63,702 nucleotides of DNA, filler included, from 7 parts of 7 records of this genome joined end to end with filler, not necessarily neighbours in it; one strand, 5' to 3'. Counted from the first letter of the whole stretch, positions 20,891 to 32,082 are shown. Numbers and translations: made by a program. The notes: generated from the sequence alone by a model not told the origin.

Positions 20891-22108
20891 TCAGGCGGGT
20901 TGGCGTCTGCGGCGGGTGACCGCCATGGCGCCAAGCGCAAGAAGGCACGAACCGGCGACGGGAATCACGATCCATGCGAGCATGTTCCAGCCAAAGGCAT
21001 TGTAGATCTGCCCTGACATCAGCGAGGCAAACGCCGTGGTCGAGAAGAGCAGGAAGTCGTGCACGCCCTGAACGCTGTTCTTCTCCGATGGCCGGTAGCA
21101 TTCGGCTACCATCGCGGTCGCGCCGATGAAGCCAAAATTCCAGCCGATCCCGAGCAGGATCAGCGCTGTCCAAAACTGCCAAAGCTCGATGCCCGATAAC
21201 GCCACAATGGCGCAGGCAATGAGGGTCAGCAGTCCTGTGGCCACAATGGTTTCCTTGCCGAAGCGGGCAATCAGCCGGCCTGTGACGAAACTCGGCGCGA
21301 ACATCGCCATCACATGCCAGGAAATGCCGAGCGTCGCCTCGTCCGGCGTGAAACCGCAGCCCACCATGGCCAGCGGCGCGCCTGTCATGACGAAGCTCAT
21401 CAGCGCATAGGACGCGATGCCGCAGAAAAGCGAGACCAGAAAACGTGGTTGCAACAGGATCCGGACCAGCGGGCGGGCCGGTTCGTGATCATCAAGCACT
21501 GCGGAAGGAGCTTCCTTGGGCAGGCGAAGAAAAGACAGGATCAAAGATCCCAGAAGGCCAAGGAACACAAGTGCTGCGAAGGCACCGGCAAACTGTATCG
21601 GTGCAAACAGGTCACGCGTGTAGATCACGGTTTGCGGGCCAATGATCGCGGCGAAGACGCCGCCGCCCAGCACCCAGGATATGGCTTTGGGCTTGAAGTC
21701 AGAGGGCGCATTGTCGGCCGCCGCAAAACGATATTGCTGCAGAAACGCGTTTCCGATTCCGGTCAGCAGGAGTCCGAAGGCGAACAGCCAGAAGCTGCTC
21801 TGGAAAAGAGCCGTCGCAGCAACGAAACCGCCGCTCGCCGTCACGAGACCGCCAGCCATGAAGCCGTTGCGGCGGCCGACGGCGCGCATCAGGGCGGCGG
21901 CGGGAAGTGCGCCGAGCGCGATACCGACATTGAAACCCGTTACGGGTGCCGTTGCGAGCGATTTGTCGCTGCCGAGCAGATAAAATCCGGCGAGACCGCC
22001 CATGGAGATGGCGATCGGGGCGGCGGATCCAACGATGGCCTGTGCGGAAGCAAGGATCAGCGCGGTGCGTTTTGCCTCGCGGTACAGGTCATCGCGCGTG
22101 CCGGTCAT
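20891..22108 (-). CDS. rfnT: MFS transporter, probable riboflavin transporter RfnT
   Basis: MFS with QQYRFAAAD and [10 protein letters not shown]; overlaps the nusB stop at the end of the rib operon, the known position of rfnT in Rhizobiales. Confidence 0.75.
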   Translation of the reverse strand: MTGTRDDLYREAKRTALILASAQAIVGSAAPIAISMGGLAGFYLLGSDKSLATAPVTGFNVGIALGALPAAALMRAVGRRNGFMAGGLVTASGGFVAATALFQSSFWLFAFGLLLTGIGNAFLQQYRFAAADNAPSDFKPKAISWVLGGGVFAAIIGPQTVIYTRDLFAPIQFAGAFAALVFLGLLGSLILSFLRLPKEAPSAVLDDHEPARPLVRILLQPRFLVSLFCGIASYALMSFVMTGAPLAMVGCGFTPDEATLGISWHVMAMFAPSFVTGRLIARFGKETIVATGLLTLIACAIVALSGIELWQFWTALILLGIGWNFGFIGATAMVAECYRPSEKNSVQGVHDFLLFSTTAFASLMSGQIYNAFGWNMLAWIVIPVAGSCLLALGAMAVTRRRRQPA

Positions 22109-22596
22109 TCCGGATCTTTCCCCCTGCCCTCATTGCGGCTGCGCCGGGCGACCCGGTCGAGCACGGCATTGACGAGCTTCGGCTCGTCCTCGGTGTAGAA
22201 CGCCTTGGCGATGTCCACATATTCAGAAACAATTACGGCCACCGGCACATCCTTGCGTCTGGTCAGCTCGTAGACGCCGGCGCGCAGGATGGCGCGCAGC
22301 GTCGAATCGAGACGCGAGAGCGGCCAGTCCTCCGTCAGTGCCTTGCGGATCACCGGATCGATCGTCTTCTGATCTTCGACAACACCTGAAAGAATGGCAC
22401 GGAACCATTGTGGGTCGGCATCGCGGTAAAGCTCGCCGTCAATCTCCTTGCCGAGGCGAAAAAGCTCGTACTCCGCCGTGGTCTCGAGCAGGCCCGTGCC
22501 CGCCACATCCATCTGGTAAAGCGCCTGAACGGCTGCAAGGCGGGCTGAACCCCGTTTGTTGGCCGGGCGAAAGCCGTCTGCGGTCGGTTCGGTCAC
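22105..22596 (-). CDS. nusB: Transcription antitermination factor NusB
   Basis: [29 protein letters not shown] and LVNAVLD; GTG start just after the ribH stop. Confidence 0.96.
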   Translation of the reverse strand: MTEPTADGFRPANKRGSARLAAVQALYQMDVAGTGLLETTAEYELFRLGKEIDGELYRDADPQWFRAILSGVVEDQKTIDPVIRKALTEDWPLSRLDSTLRAILRAGVYELTRRKDVPVAVIVSEYVDIAKAFYTEDEPKLVNAVLDRVARRSRNEGRGKDPE

Positions 22597-22597
22597 A

Positions 22598-23071
22598 TCA
22601 AGCTCCCATGCGCTGTTTGAGCGCAATCATCGTCAGTGCTGCCTCGGCGGCAAAATATCCCTTGCCCATGCTCTCGCCGCTGGTTCCTTCACTTTTCTCG
22701 ATACGGGCGAGCGCCTGCGCCTCGTTCTCGACAGTCAGAATACCATTGCCAATGGCGAGATTCTTCTGCACGGCCAGATCCATGAGGGCGCGGCTCGATT
22801 CATTCGCGACAACATCGAAATGATAGGTCTCGCCACGAATGACACAGCCAAGAGCCACATAGCCATGATAAAGCCCGCCGCCGTTTCCGGACGCTGCAAA
22901 GGCGATCGCGGCAGGCACTTCAAGCGCACCGGGAACGGTCACCACGTCATAGGATGCACCGGCGGCATCCAATGCTGCCTTTGCACCTTCAAGAAGGCCA
23001 TCGGCCAAATGGTCATAGAAACGGGCTTCGACGATCAGCAGCCTCAGGGGGCGCGCATCGGCCATGGACAT
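22598..23071 (-). CDS. ribH: 6,7-dimethyl-8-ribityllumazine synthase
   Basis: [27 protein letters not shown] and GNGILT. Confidence 0.96.
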   Translation of the reverse strand: MSMADARPLRLLIVEARFYDHLADGLLEGAKAALDAAGASYDVVTVPGALEVPAAIAFAASGNGGGLYHGYVALGCVIRGETYHFDVVANESSRALMDLAVQKNLAIGNGILTVENEAQALARIEKSEGTSGESMGKGYFAAEAALTMIALKQRMGA

Positions 23072-23109
23072 TCTCCACACGGCTAAAACTCTAGAATGAG
23101 AGCGCTGCC

Positions 23110-23724
23110 TTAAGCCTCTTTGGCCGCGTCCGCAAGACGTGCGGCGTAACGGGCCATCGTATCGACCTCGATATTGACCCGGTCGCCCACCTTTCGCTCT
23201 CCCCAGGTGGTGACGGAAAGCGAATGATGAATGAGCAGGACGTCGAAACGCGCGCCCTCCACGCGGTTGACGGTCAAAGACGTGCCATCCAGCGCCACAG
23301 AGCCCTTGGGCGCGATGAATTTGGCGAGTTCCTTCGGCGCTTCAAGCACGAAGCGAACGGCCTCGCCCTCATCCCTGCGCTCGACAATTTCAGCCATTCC
23401 GTCCACATGGCCCGAGACGATATGTCCACCTAGCTCGTCGCCAACCTTGAGCGCACGTTCCAGATTGATTCCATATCCTGGCTGCCAACGCGAAGCCGTG
23501 GTCAGCCGCAGCGCCTCCTCCCAGGCCTCGACCTCGAACCAGCGCGTGTTCGCGCCGGCTTCTGGCAGCGCCACGACCGTGAGACAAACCCCGGCGCAGG
23601 CTATGGAAGCGCCAATGTCAATGGTCTCCGGATCGTAGTGGGTCTCGATGCGCAGCAGCACCCCTTCGTCGCGCGGGGTGACGGACTGCACCACACCTAT
23701 GTCCGTGACAATGCCGGTGAACAT
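23110..23724 (-). CDS. ribE: Riboflavin synthase (alpha chain)
   Basis: MFTGIV N-terminus, [23 protein letters not shown] and [14 protein letters not shown]. Confidence 0.97.
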   Translation of the reverse strand: MFTGIVTDIGVVQSVTPRDEGVLLRIETHYDPETIDIGASIACAGVCLTVVALPEAGANTRWFEVEAWEEALRLTTASRWQPGYGINLERALKVGDELGGHIVSGHVDGMAEIVERRDEGEAVRFVLEAPKELAKFIAPKGSVALDGTSLTVNRVEGARFDVLLIHHSLSVTTWGERKVGDRVNIEVDTMARYAARLADAAKEA

Positions 23725-24120
23725 CAGTCGCCTCTCGCATATTCCAGATACATATCATCGCCAAACCGCGCTTCGCGCAGCAGGTGAAAACCTTCCGGGA
23801 TATGGTCGCAATCGATCGGTGCGGCAATCCCGCCAGGGCCGATTTCCGATGGCCCAACAAAGAGTGCGAGCCGGTCGACCACCCCTTCCTCGATGAACAT
23901 CCGGGCAGTGAAGGCCCCACCCTCCACCATGAGGGTCAGAATACCCCGCGCTGCCAGATCCTCCAGAAACTCCGGCAATGCGATCTCGCCGTCATGGAGT
24001 TCGACGCCGAGAAAGTCGACGCCGGCCTCGGCCAGGGCCTTTCTGCTTTCCGGCTGACAGTTTTCCGCCGCCGTGATCAGAACTGGCACATCGCGTGCAG
24101 ACTGTGCCAGAACGGACTGC
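23724..24120 (-). CDS. ribD: RibD deaminase/reductase, C-terminal part (5' truncated)
   Basis: LMVEGGA reductase motif and RFGDD..LEY ending; its stop overlaps the ribE start. Confidence 0.9.
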
Positions 24121-24220
24121 NNNNNNNNNNNNNNNNNNNNNNNNNNNNNNNNNNNNNNNNNNNNTTAATTAATTAANNNNNNNNNNNNNNNNNNNNNNNN
24201 NNNNNNNNNNNNNNNNNNNN
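24121..24220. other. Artificial contig-joining spacer
   Basis: N-run + TTAATTAATTAA + N-run. Confidence 0.99.
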
Positions 24221-24364
24221 GACGATCATCACGCTGTCGTCGCCGATGATCACACCGGTATTGGGATCGCCCTCGGCGGTGAAGGCCCAGATGTCCCGGC
24301 CGATCTCGCTGAAGGTGATCTTCTTTTCCGCCATGTCGCCGGCTGACGCGAATTGCTTGGCCAT
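24221..24364 (-). CDS. MBL-fold metallo-hydrolase, N-terminal fragment
   Basis: MAKQFASAGD...TAEGDPNTGVIIGDDSV, typical of the MBL protein found in alphaproteobacterial homogentisate clusters. Confidence 0.8.
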
Positions 24365-24391
24365 TTGGCCTTCCTCCCGTTTGTTTTTTTG

Positions 24392-25645
24392 TCAGTCTTT
24401 TTTGTGTGCGGGCAGAACCGTGCCCGTGCAGTCTCCAAACCCGATCCGGTAGCCGTCCCCCGCCGCATGACCGCGCAGGGTGATCCTGTCGCCATCCTCA
24501 AGGAAGCTGCGGGTCTCTCCGTTCGGCAGGGTGATGGGTGTCTTGCCGCCCCAGCTCATTTCCAGCAGCGAGCCGTAGCTGTCCGGAGTGTCGCCGGAGA
24601 TCGTGCCGGAGCCGAGCAGGTCGCCGGTCCGCATCGGGCAGCCGCTGCTGGTGTGATGGGCAAGCTGCTGGGCGGCGGAATAATACATCGTGCTGTAGTT
24701 GGTTCGGGACAGCATGGCTTCCTCGCCGGATCCGGCAGGCGTAAGACCAACCTCAAGCGCGATGTCGTAGAGCATCGGGCCGAGTTCCGCGAGATAGGGC
24801 AGCAGCGGTTTCTCCCGCTTTGGCGTCGCTGTCCGGAATGGCTCCAGCGCTGCCCGGGTTACCACCCAGGGCGAGATGGTCGTGCAGAAGGCCTTACCCT
24901 GAAACGGGCCGAGCGGCTGGTACTCCCATGCCTGGATATCCCGCGCCGACCAGTCGTTCAGCAGCACATAACCGAAGACCATTTCGTCCGCCTCGGCTAC
25001 CGTCACCGGTTTGCCCATCGGGGTTCCGGTGCCGACCACGGCACCCATTTCCAGCTCGATATCGAGACGGCGGCTCGGGCCGAAGGTCGGTGTGTCCGCG
25101 TCCGGCGCTTTCAACTGGCCGTTCGGGCGGTGGAAGTCGGTGCCGCTGACTACGACTGAGGAGGCCCGCCCGTTATAGCCGATGGGGATATGCAGCCAGT
25201 TCGGCGGCAGGGCATTTTCCGGTCCCCGGAACATGGTGCCGACATTGAAGGCGTGCTGTTTGCCTGCATAAAAATCGGTGTATTCGCTGACGCGGAAGGG
25301 CAGATGCAGCGTCACTTCCGAGAGGGGGATGAGAAAGGCTTCCGCATTCTGCCTGAGGGCGATATCACCACCCTCGCGCAGCAGGTCCGTCAAGCGCTCC
25401 CGCACTTTTGTCCAGACGTCTGAGCCGCGATCCATGAAGGCATTCAGAGCATGTTCCGCGAAGACCGGAGTGCTGCCGGTGGAGATCAGCCCGTCCCGCT
25501 CCAGTGCCGCAAGGTCGAGCACGCGGTCGCCGATCGCGGCACCGCAGCGCGGTTGCTCGCCATCCCGGGAGAAGACGCCAAAAGGCAGGTTCTGGACCGG
25601 AAAATCGCAGTCCGATGCATTGGCGGAGGGAAGCCAGCTTTTCAT
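24392..25645 (-). CDS. fahA: Fumarylacetoacetase
   Basis: FPVQNLPFGVF, YTDFYA..HAFNVG, LDIELE, NDWSARDIQAWEYQPLGPF and GDLLGSGTISG. Confidence 0.96.
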   Translation of the reverse strand: MKSWLPSANASDCDFPVQNLPFGVFSRDGEQPRCGAAIGDRVLDLAALERDGLISTGSTPVFAEHALNAFMDRGSDVWTKVRERLTDLLREGGDIALRQNAEAFLIPLSEVTLHLPFRVSEYTDFYAGKQHAFNVGTMFRGPENALPPNWLHIPIGYNGRASSVVVSGTDFHRPNGQLKAPDADTPTFGPSRRLDIELEMGAVVGTGTPMGKPVTVAEADEMVFGYVLLNDWSARDIQAWEYQPLGPFQGKAFCTTISPWVVTRAALEPFRTATPKREKPLLPYLAELGPMLYDIALEVGLTPAGSGEEAMLSRTNYSTMYYSAAQQLAHHTSSGCPMRTGDLLGSGTISGDTPDSYGSLLEMSWGGKTPITLPNGETRSFLEDGDRITLRGHAAGDGYRIGFGDCTGTVLPAHKKD

Positions 25646-25647
25646 GA

Positions 25648-27006
25648 TCACTTGATGCCCGGTGTTCCGTCGAACTTCTTTTCAAGGCCGATCCAGCAGG
25701 CCGCGTAATCGTCCTGCAGGGGCGCCTCGCTGGCGGCATATTCGGTCAGGTGTTGCGGGAACCGGGTCTCGAACATGAAAGCCATGGTCTCCGTCAGCTT
25801 GTGCGGTTTCAGATCCACATTGGAGGCGCCTTCGAAGGCCTGGCTGTCGGGGCCGTGCGGCAGCATGCAATTATGCAGGCTCATGCCGCCGGGGGCGAAG
25901 CCTTCCTGCTTGGCGTCGTAGGCGCCGTAAATATTGCCCATGAATTCGGACATGATGTTCCGGTGATACCAGGGTGGCCTGAAGCTGTGTTCGGCCACCA
26001 GCCAGCGCTCCGGAAAAATGACGAAATCGATGTTCGCGGTGCCGGGAGTCTCGGACGGGGCCGTCAGCACGGTGAAGATCGACGGGTCCGGATGGTCGAA
26101 CAGGATCGCGCCGACCGGGGAGAAGGTGGTGAGATCGTATTTGAAGGGCGCGTAATTGCCGTGCCAGGCGATGACGTCGAGCGGGGAATGCCCGATCTTC
26201 GTCACGTTGAACGTACCGCACCATTTCACGATCAGGCGGCAGGGCGTTTCCTTCTCTTCATAGGCCGCGACCGGCGTCTTGAAATCACGCGGATTGGCGA
26301 GGCAGTTGGCACCGATCGGGCCGCGCCCGGGCAGAGTGAACTTGGCGCCATAATTCTCACAGATATAGCCGCGTGCTTCGCCATCCAGCAGTGTCACCTT
26401 GAAGATCATGCCGCGCGGGATGATGGCGATCTCGCGCGGGCCGAGCGCCATGCGACCGAGCTCCGTGAAAATCTCGATGCGGCCGAGTTGCGGGACGACC
26501 AGCAGCTCCGCATCCGCGTTCATCATGTAGTCATCCACCATGTCCGCATTGCAGACATAGACATGGGTCGCCATCCCGGTCTGGGTGTTCACGTCACCCG
26601 CGCATGTCATGGTCCGGATACCGGACACAAAATCGGTCGGCGCGTTCGGCAAGGGCACCGGGTTCCAGCGATACTGGCCGAGGGCGAGGCCGTGTTCCGG
26701 CTGGTGCGGGGCGGTCTTCCAGCCATCCATGGCGATGCGCCCAAAGCGGCTGGTATGTTTCACCGAGGGGCGCATGCGATAGAGCCAGCTGCGCTCATTC
26801 TCGCCGCGCGGCGCGGTGAAAGGGCTGCCCGAGAGCTGCTCCGCATAGAGGCCGTAATTGCATTTCTGCGGGCTGTTCTGGCCTTGCGGCAGGGCGCCGG
26901 GCAGGGCTTCTGTTTCGAAGTCGTTGCCGAAACCCGGCATGTAGCCTGTCGCGGTGCCGGACTGCGGGGTACCGCGCACGGATGCGGATTCTGAAACCTT
27001 GTTCAT
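25648..27006 (-). CDS. hmgA: Homogentisate 1,2-dioxygenase
   Basis: [47 protein letters not shown] and [15 protein letters not shown]. Confidence 0.98.
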   Translation of the reverse strand: MNKVSESASVRGTPQSGTATGYMPGFGNDFETEALPGALPQGQNSPQKCNYGLYAEQLSGSPFTAPRGENERSWLYRMRPSVKHTSRFGRIAMDGWKTAPHQPEHGLALGQYRWNPVPLPNAPTDFVSGIRTMTCAGDVNTQTGMATHVYVCNADMVDDYMMNADAELLVVPQLGRIEIFTELGRMALGPREIAIIPRGMIFKVTLLDGEARGYICENYGAKFTLPGRGPIGANCLANPRDFKTPVAAYEEKETPCRLIVKWCGTFNVTKIGHSPLDVIAWHGNYAPFKYDLTTFSPVGAILFDHPDPSIFTVLTAPSETPGTANIDFVIFPERWLVAEHSFRPPWYHRNIMSEFMGNIYGAYDAKQEGFAPGGMSLHNCMLPHGPDSQAFEGASNVDLKPHKLTETMAFMFETRFPQHLTEYAASEAPLQDDYAACWIGLEKKFDGTPGIK

Positions 27007-27087
27007 CTCGATCCTCCCGTTGGCAGGGTCTGACGAGGCACGTTTTCTGGTTGGTTTTAAGGGCCTGTCTGCCGTAGGATCATCATG

Positions 27088-27107
27088 ATCGTTACAAATG
27101 AAATGAT
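27088..27107. promoter_or_regulatory. Putative operator of the MarR regulator of the hmg genes
   Basis: Imperfect inverted repeat ATCGTTACA-AA-TGAAATGAT in the divergent hmgA/MarR intergenic region. Confidence 0.5.
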
Positions 27108-27119
27108 TGTCAATTATCG

Positions 27120-27602
27120 ATGGATGACGAAAGAGACCTGCTCGATCTGGACAGTTTCCTGCCCTACCGGCTGGCAGTGATCGCTGCCCGGGTGAGCAAA
27201 TCCATGTCGGTGCTCTATGCGGAGAAGTTCGGCATCTCGATCGCCGAATGGCGGGTGATTGCCCATCTCGCCCGGTCGGAGCGGGTCTCGGTCCGGGATA
27301 TTCATGCCCGCGTCAATCTGGATAAGGTGAAGGTCAGCCGGGCGGTCAGCCGTCTGGAGGAGGCGGGGCTGGTCCTTAAGGCCAACAATGTGGCCGATAA
27401 CCGGCTGCTGGATATCACGCTGTCGGACAAGGGCTGGTCCATCTACCGGCAGATCGTCCCGCTGGCGAGCGGTTTCGAGGCGGATCTGCTCTCGGTGCTC
27501 GATGAGGCGGAACGCGCTGCGCTGGAGCGGATCTTCGAGAAGCTGCACAGCCGTCTGGATGAAAATCCGGATACGCTGCGCCGCGCGCTTCCGGAAAACT
27601 GA
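27120..27602 (+). CDS. MarR family regulator (homogentisate pathway)
   Basis: [24 protein letters not shown] and DNR winged helix; divergent from hmgA. Confidence 0.92.
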   Translation: MDDERDLLDLDSFLPYRLAVIAARVSKSMSVLYAEKFGISIAEWRVIAHLARSERVSVRDIHARVNLDKVKVSRAVSRLEEAGLVLKANNVADNRLLDITLSDKGWSIYRQIVPLASGFEADLLSVLDEAERAALERIFEKLHSRLDENPDTLRRALPEN

Positions 27603-27613
27603 CGGGCGAAACG

Positions 27614-28213
27614 TCAGAAGGCGGGAGCTTCCGTGCCGGGCGGTCTTGGGCGCCATTCGCCGGGGATCTGCCCGACAAGGAGCCGCGCGATCTCGTCCTT
27701 CTCGTTTTTCAGCGGCAGAATGAGGCGCGTCCAGCTCGTGGTTTCCGAAGCGTTCTTCGGATAGTGAATTGTCAGAAGAGGTTCTCGACGCTGCATGGCG
27801 GCCTGATAGGCGCCGAGGAAGAAGCTGACGATATATTCCCTGTCGCCGAACTGGCGGACTGTCGTGCCGGTGACATCCCTGCCGAAACGTTCGGAAATCA
27901 TCGTGCCGTAAAGCCGGTAGCGGAAATCGAAGCCGCCATCGATGACGTCCAGCAGCATGATGTAGCCGAGGACGAACCGCATGTCCGTGGGATCAATGGA
28001 CGTAATGGGAGCCACATCCTGGCCGTCTGCTTTCTCCCGCCAGTAAGACAAGAGGCGCTGCAGACGTTTGTCTTCAAGCTGATCGTGTTCCGGACTCCAG
28101 GCGACAACCGGATTACGCGCACCGAATTTAAGAAAGTACTGATCGATCACAGTCAGGTCGTTTCCGACCAGAGCATCCTTCAAATTCGCGGCAGATTGAA
28201 ATTCGCCTGTCAA
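27614..28213 (-). CDS. Stand-alone PAS domain protein (PAS_5-like)
   Basis: LLSYW, FRYRLYGT..GRDVTG and RLILPL pattern; TTG start uncertain. Confidence 0.8.
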   Translation of the reverse strand: MTGEFQSAANLKDALVGNDLTVIDQYFLKFGARNPVVAWSPEHDQLEDKRLQRLLSYWREKADGQDVAPITSIDPTDMRFVLGYIMLLDVIDGGFDFRYRLYGTMISERFGRDVTGTTVRQFGDREYIVSFFLGAYQAAMQRREPLLTIHYPKNASETTSWTRLILPLKNEKDEIARLLVGQIPGEWRPRPPGTEAPAF

Positions 28214-28582
28214 TGATCCGCTCTCATAATCAGCCGGCCCAACGCACGCATCCGGGGGGCAATCCGCGAATGCGATCTAGCCTGATAGACAAGCATCCCC
28301 TTCAATTCAACTTTAATAAAAAGAGAATTAATGCAAATAAAAGCAACATTTTAGAGAGTGATTAGCTTCTGAAAGAGAAGCTTGGAAGTGATCAAGGCGC
28401 GCGTTTCATTTCTTTAGTATCCCGATACTCACCCGCCAATAAACCCTGTGTAGTCCAGTCCTCGTCGCTGCAGTGACGATGCGCTCTTCTTGAAGCGGGA
28501 GAAGTCTTCGGCGGATACCTGCCGACGCAAAAGTGGCGCGATGGGGCATCGCGCCGCTTCCGGGAAACTCCGGTTCTCCGTG

Positions 28583-30709
28583 TTACCAGGTGTACCGCAG
28601 GGTCAGCCGAACCGTCCGCCCGTCGCTGTAATAGGCGGTGTTCGCAAAGGTATCGACCTGGGTGATGGACCGTTCGTCGAAGATGTTGCTGGCGTTGAGC
28701 TGCAGTGAGGCGTTCTCGATGAACTGGTAGCTGATCGCTGCATCCATGACGGTACGTGCATCGAGTTTGATCGTGTTCGCGTTGTCCGCAAAGCTTTCGC
28801 CGATATAGCGCACGCCGCCACCGATGGTCAGATCGCCGATGGTTCCGCGCCCGGGGATCTTATAGTTCAGCCAGGCCGCACCGATATTGTTCGGGACAAG
28901 CTGCGGCCGGTTACCGGCATTGCCGTCGGTGCCGTCCTCCTCAATCGTCGGATCCCAGTAGGAATAGGAGAGGATCGCGTCGAGCTGATCGGTGAGCGCC
29001 ATCTTGCCTTCGAACTCGATGCCGGTCACGTTCACCTCGCCGACCTGTTCCTGTGTCGTCGGGCTGGTATTGTAGGGGACGTTGGTCTGCGTGAGATCGA
29101 ATAGCGCCACTGTAAACAGAGCGTTATCGACAAAATCGGGGCTGTATTTCACACCGATTTCATACTGCGTTCCCTCTTTCGGCTCTGGCGTGCTTTGCAG
29201 AGCGGTTTCCGCCGAGACAGGTTCGAAGGATTCAGAATAGTTCGCATAGACAGACAGATTGTCCCGCACCTTGACGGTCACGCCGGCGCGGCCGGTCAGG
29301 GAATTGTCGGTCGAACTGTAGGACAGGCCGAAACCCGGATATTCGGACTCGGTATCCACATGATCGTAACGCCCGCCGAGGGTGAGGATGACCCTGTCGT
29401 AGAACGTCATTTCTTCCTGCAGATAGGCGCCGACAGCCGTCCGGTCCGTCAGCCATTCATAGGCGGGTGGCTGGGTGATGCAGGCGAGGCCGCAATAGAC
29501 GGGATTATTGATGTCGATGCCGGTGGCGGAACCGAAGGCGCGCTTCTCGTCCACCTCTTCATAATAGTAATCGACGCCGACGAGAGTGCGGCTGTCCACG
29601 ACGCTTATGCGGGTGTCGTACTGTAGCTGATTGTCGAGCGCGACCCGCTGCGTGCCACCCTTCACCGCGTAGGAATAGCGGGAAGCGGTGGCATCCGCGC
29701 TCGCCCCATAGACGGTTTCGTAATTCAGGCTGAGGTCGGTGAAGCGAAAATTCTGCCGGAATTGCAGGCCGTTGCCGAAGCTGTGGCTGAACTGATAGCC
29801 CGCATTCCATTCCTCGGTGTCCATGTTGTCGAATTCCGGCTCGCCCAGAAAGGTGTCTGGATCGATGCTGGAGCCGTATGGAATACCGTGCCCCGGATTG
29901 CCGTTGCGCTTGTTGAAATCGGTCAGCAGGGTCAACTCGGTCGCGTCGCTCGGCCGCCAGGTCAGCGAGGGTGCGAAATACACCCGGTCATCATCGGAGA
30001 AATCCGTGCCGTCGCTGCTGTTCTGGCCCTTCATGGTCAGCCGGTAGAAGAACTTGTCCTGGTTGTCGACGGGGCCGCCGAAGTCGGTGCCGAACTCGAC
30101 ATGCTCGTCGCCGAAGGTCGAATAGACTTCGCCGAAGGTGAAATCGAGCGGCTTCTTCGAGACGGCGTTGACCAGCCCGCCGGGAGAATTCAGGCCGAAC
30201 AGGGACGACGTGGAGCCTTTGAGGATTTCAACCCGCTCCAGACCATATGGCTCGAGCCGGTTGCCGATAAAGCCCGGAATGCGCATCGGCAGGGCATCGC
30301 GGTAGGAACCGAGAGAGGTCTGGTAGAAGCCGCGAACGAGGTAGTGGTCGTAGCGGTTGTCGCTGCCGTAAAGATCGCTGACAACGCCCGAGCTATAGGC
30401 CAGCGCTTCATCAAGGTTTTCGACCCCGCGCTGTTTCATCTCCTTCTCCGTGACAACGGAAACGGATGCCGGCACGTCAAGGATCGGCGTGCCGGTCTTG
30501 CTGCCCACGGTCGATTGATCGGCGATGATCGACACTCTGTCCCCGGCGCTTCTGGCAGCACGGTCGGCATTCGGGCCGGTGGCTGTTCCTTCCGCTTCAA
30601 CGACGATCTTGTCGAGGCGGTTTGAATTTTCAGTGGTGCTGTCCTGCGCCACAGCCCCTTGAGCCGACAGCAGAAGTGTCGCCGTGATCAGACTGGAATA
30701 TTTCAGCAT
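28583..30709 (-). CDS. TonB-dependent siderophore receptor
   Basis: Signal peptide, TonB-box-like KIVVEA, plug (PASVSVV, ERVEILKG, PGGLVNAVSK), NIFD and C-terminal Trp. Confidence 0.95.
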   Translation of the reverse strand: MLKYSSLITATLLLSAQGAVAQDSTTENSNRLDKIVVEAEGTATGPNADRAARSAGDRVSIIADQSTVGSKTGTPILDVPASVSVVTEKEMKQRGVENLDEALAYSSGVVSDLYGSDNRYDHYLVRGFYQTSLGSYRDALPMRIPGFIGNRLEPYGLERVEILKGSTSSLFGLNSPGGLVNAVSKKPLDFTFGEVYSTFGDEHVEFGTDFGGPVDNQDKFFYRLTMKGQNSSDGTDFSDDDRVYFAPSLTWRPSDATELTLLTDFNKRNGNPGHGIPYGSSIDPDTFLGEPEFDNMDTEEWNAGYQFSHSFGNGLQFRQNFRFTDLSLNYETVYGASADATASRYSYAVKGGTQRVALDNQLQYDTRISVVDSRTLVGVDYYYEEVDEKRAFGSATGIDINNPVYCGLACITQPPAYEWLTDRTAVGAYLQEEMTFYDRVILTLGGRYDHVDTESEYPGFGLSYSSTDNSLTGRAGVTVKVRDNLSVYANYSESFEPVSAETALQSTPEPKEGTQYEIGVKYSPDFVDNALFTVALFDLTQTNVPYNTSPTTQEQVGEVNVTGIEFEGKMALTDQLDAILSYSYWDPTIEEDGTDGNAGNRPQLVPNNIGAAWLNYKIPGRGTIGDLTIGGGVRYIGESFADNANTIKLDARTVMDAAISYQFIENASLQLNASNIFDERSITQVDTFANTAYYSDGRTVRLTLRYTW

Positions 30710-30772
30710 TCGCGCTTTTCCCCATGGTGCGAAATCCTGGCTACCGGCTTGGATTGTTCATGATGCTGTTTC

Positions 30773-30791
30773 GATAATGAGAAGCATATGC
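30773..30791. promoter_or_regulatory. Fur-box-like site upstream of the TonB receptor
   Basis: GATAATGAGAAGCATATGC matches 14 of 19 positions of GATAATGATAATCATTATC. Confidence 0.55.
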
Positions 30792-31017
30792 AAGTGCAAT
30801 CAAAAATGTAAGTTGGAACTTACATTTTGTTGTGCGGATACCTATATTTGGGGGAAAGGCTCGGGTTTGGTGTGTTTGTCACTTTGCCGGTCCCGATCCG
30901 GGCCGCAGGCGTTTGGGGCGTGTGCCCTGTGCTATGCTGCTGTTAATGTTGGATGTCGTGTTCGCTACCCGGCCCAGGAAAAGAATGCGGGCGCGATCAG
31001 ATGAGCGGGAGGGAAGA

Positions 31018-31659
31018 GTGCAGAGGGTGGAAGGCGCGTCGGTCGTTGTACGAAAACAGGCCAAACAACAGCGCTCCAGGGAAAAGGTTCAGCTCATCCT
31101 TGATGTGACGCTGGAGATGCTGGGCAATACGCCCGCCGAAAAAATAACGACGAATGACATTGCCAAAACGGCTGGTGTGAATATCGCGAGCCTCTATCAA
31201 TTCTTTCCGAAGAAGGAGGCTGTCTTCTTCGAGCTGTACAGGCAATGGCTGGAGCAGACCCTGACCCTGCTGGACGGGGTGGATGCCCAATTCGACGGCT
31301 CGGAAGGGCTTGAGGCTTATGCGGACGCGGTGTTCGACTGTCTGTCCACCGATGAAAGCGTGAATACGCCGGGTCACTGGAAGCTCAGATTCGCGCTCGG
31401 GAATTCCCCGGAGCTGGCCGAACTCAATGCCCGGCACGAGGAAAAGGCGTTCCGCCGCATCATCGCGGCGCAGGAAAAATTCTCCCGCAAGGTCACGCCC
31501 GAGCAGGCCCGCGCGCTTGCCCGCCTGCAGCACCATGTCTCGGTCTCCTGCCTTTATGCGGCCGCTGAGGCGGCAGGGCAGCCGGAGCATGGCATCCTGC
31601 TGGAGTGGTGCCGGAAAACGGTGCGTCTCGTTTACGACGCGGAGAAGCTCAACGCCTGA
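31018..31659 (+). CDS. TetR/AcrR family regulator
   Basis: QQRS...ITTNDIAKTAGVNIASLYQFFPKKEA HTH; GTG start after a GGGAGG RBS (start uncertain). Confidence 0.9.
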   Translation: MQRVEGASVVVRKQAKQQRSREKVQLILDVTLEMLGNTPAEKITTNDIAKTAGVNIASLYQFFPKKEAVFFELYRQWLEQTLTLLDGVDAQFDGSEGLEAYADAVFDCLSTDESVNTPGHWKLRFALGNSPELAELNARHEEKAFRRIIAAQEKFSRKVTPEQARALARLQHHVSVSCLYAAAEAAGQPEHGILLEWCRKTVRLVYDAEKLNA

Positions 31660-31665
31660 TCGTTA

Positions 31666-31699
31666 CCCGGGCGGGGGCTGAAAGCGTACCCCGCCCGGG
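31666..31699. terminator. GC-rich hairpin between convergent genes
   Basis: CCCGGGCGGGG...CCCCGCCCGGG 11-bp stem followed by CATTTT. Confidence 0.65.
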
Positions 31700-31710
31700 C
31701 ATTTTCGCCT

Positions 31711-31998
31711 TTATTTGTAGCGGGACGTCGCATTTGTGAAGGCGCGGGAAATATCGTCCCAGGCCTTGTCGAAGCCGGATTTCATGTCTTCCCAGGCATC
31801 GTCGCTCGCGTTCCGGAGCTCTGTCAGCCGGGTATCGGCTTCGTCGCGCTGTGTGCGCATTTCGCTCAGCTGCTTCTGATACTCGATCTTCGCGTCAGCC
31901 TCGGCTTCATCCGCCTTGGCTTTCATCTTGTCGATCTCGGCATCCCACTGCGCAATACGCGCCTTGGCTTTCTCAATGTACTGATTTTTCTCTGACAT
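31711..31998 (-). CDS. Small coiled-coil protein (sll1863-like family)
   Basis: Y..K..A....WDAEID...AWEDMKSGFDKAW pattern; strong GGAGG RBS. Confidence 0.8.
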   Translation of the reverse strand: MSEKNQYIEKAKARIAQWDAEIDKMKAKADEAEADAKIEYQKQLSEMRTQRDEADTRLTELRNASDDAWEDMKSGFDKAWDDISRAFTNATSRYK

Positions 31999-32082
31999 TT
32001 GGTACCTCCTTTGAAAGCAAAACGCGTGAGGAGGCGGGTTGTTCCAGCAGGAATTAAAGCGCTCATAGAAAACACTTATCCA

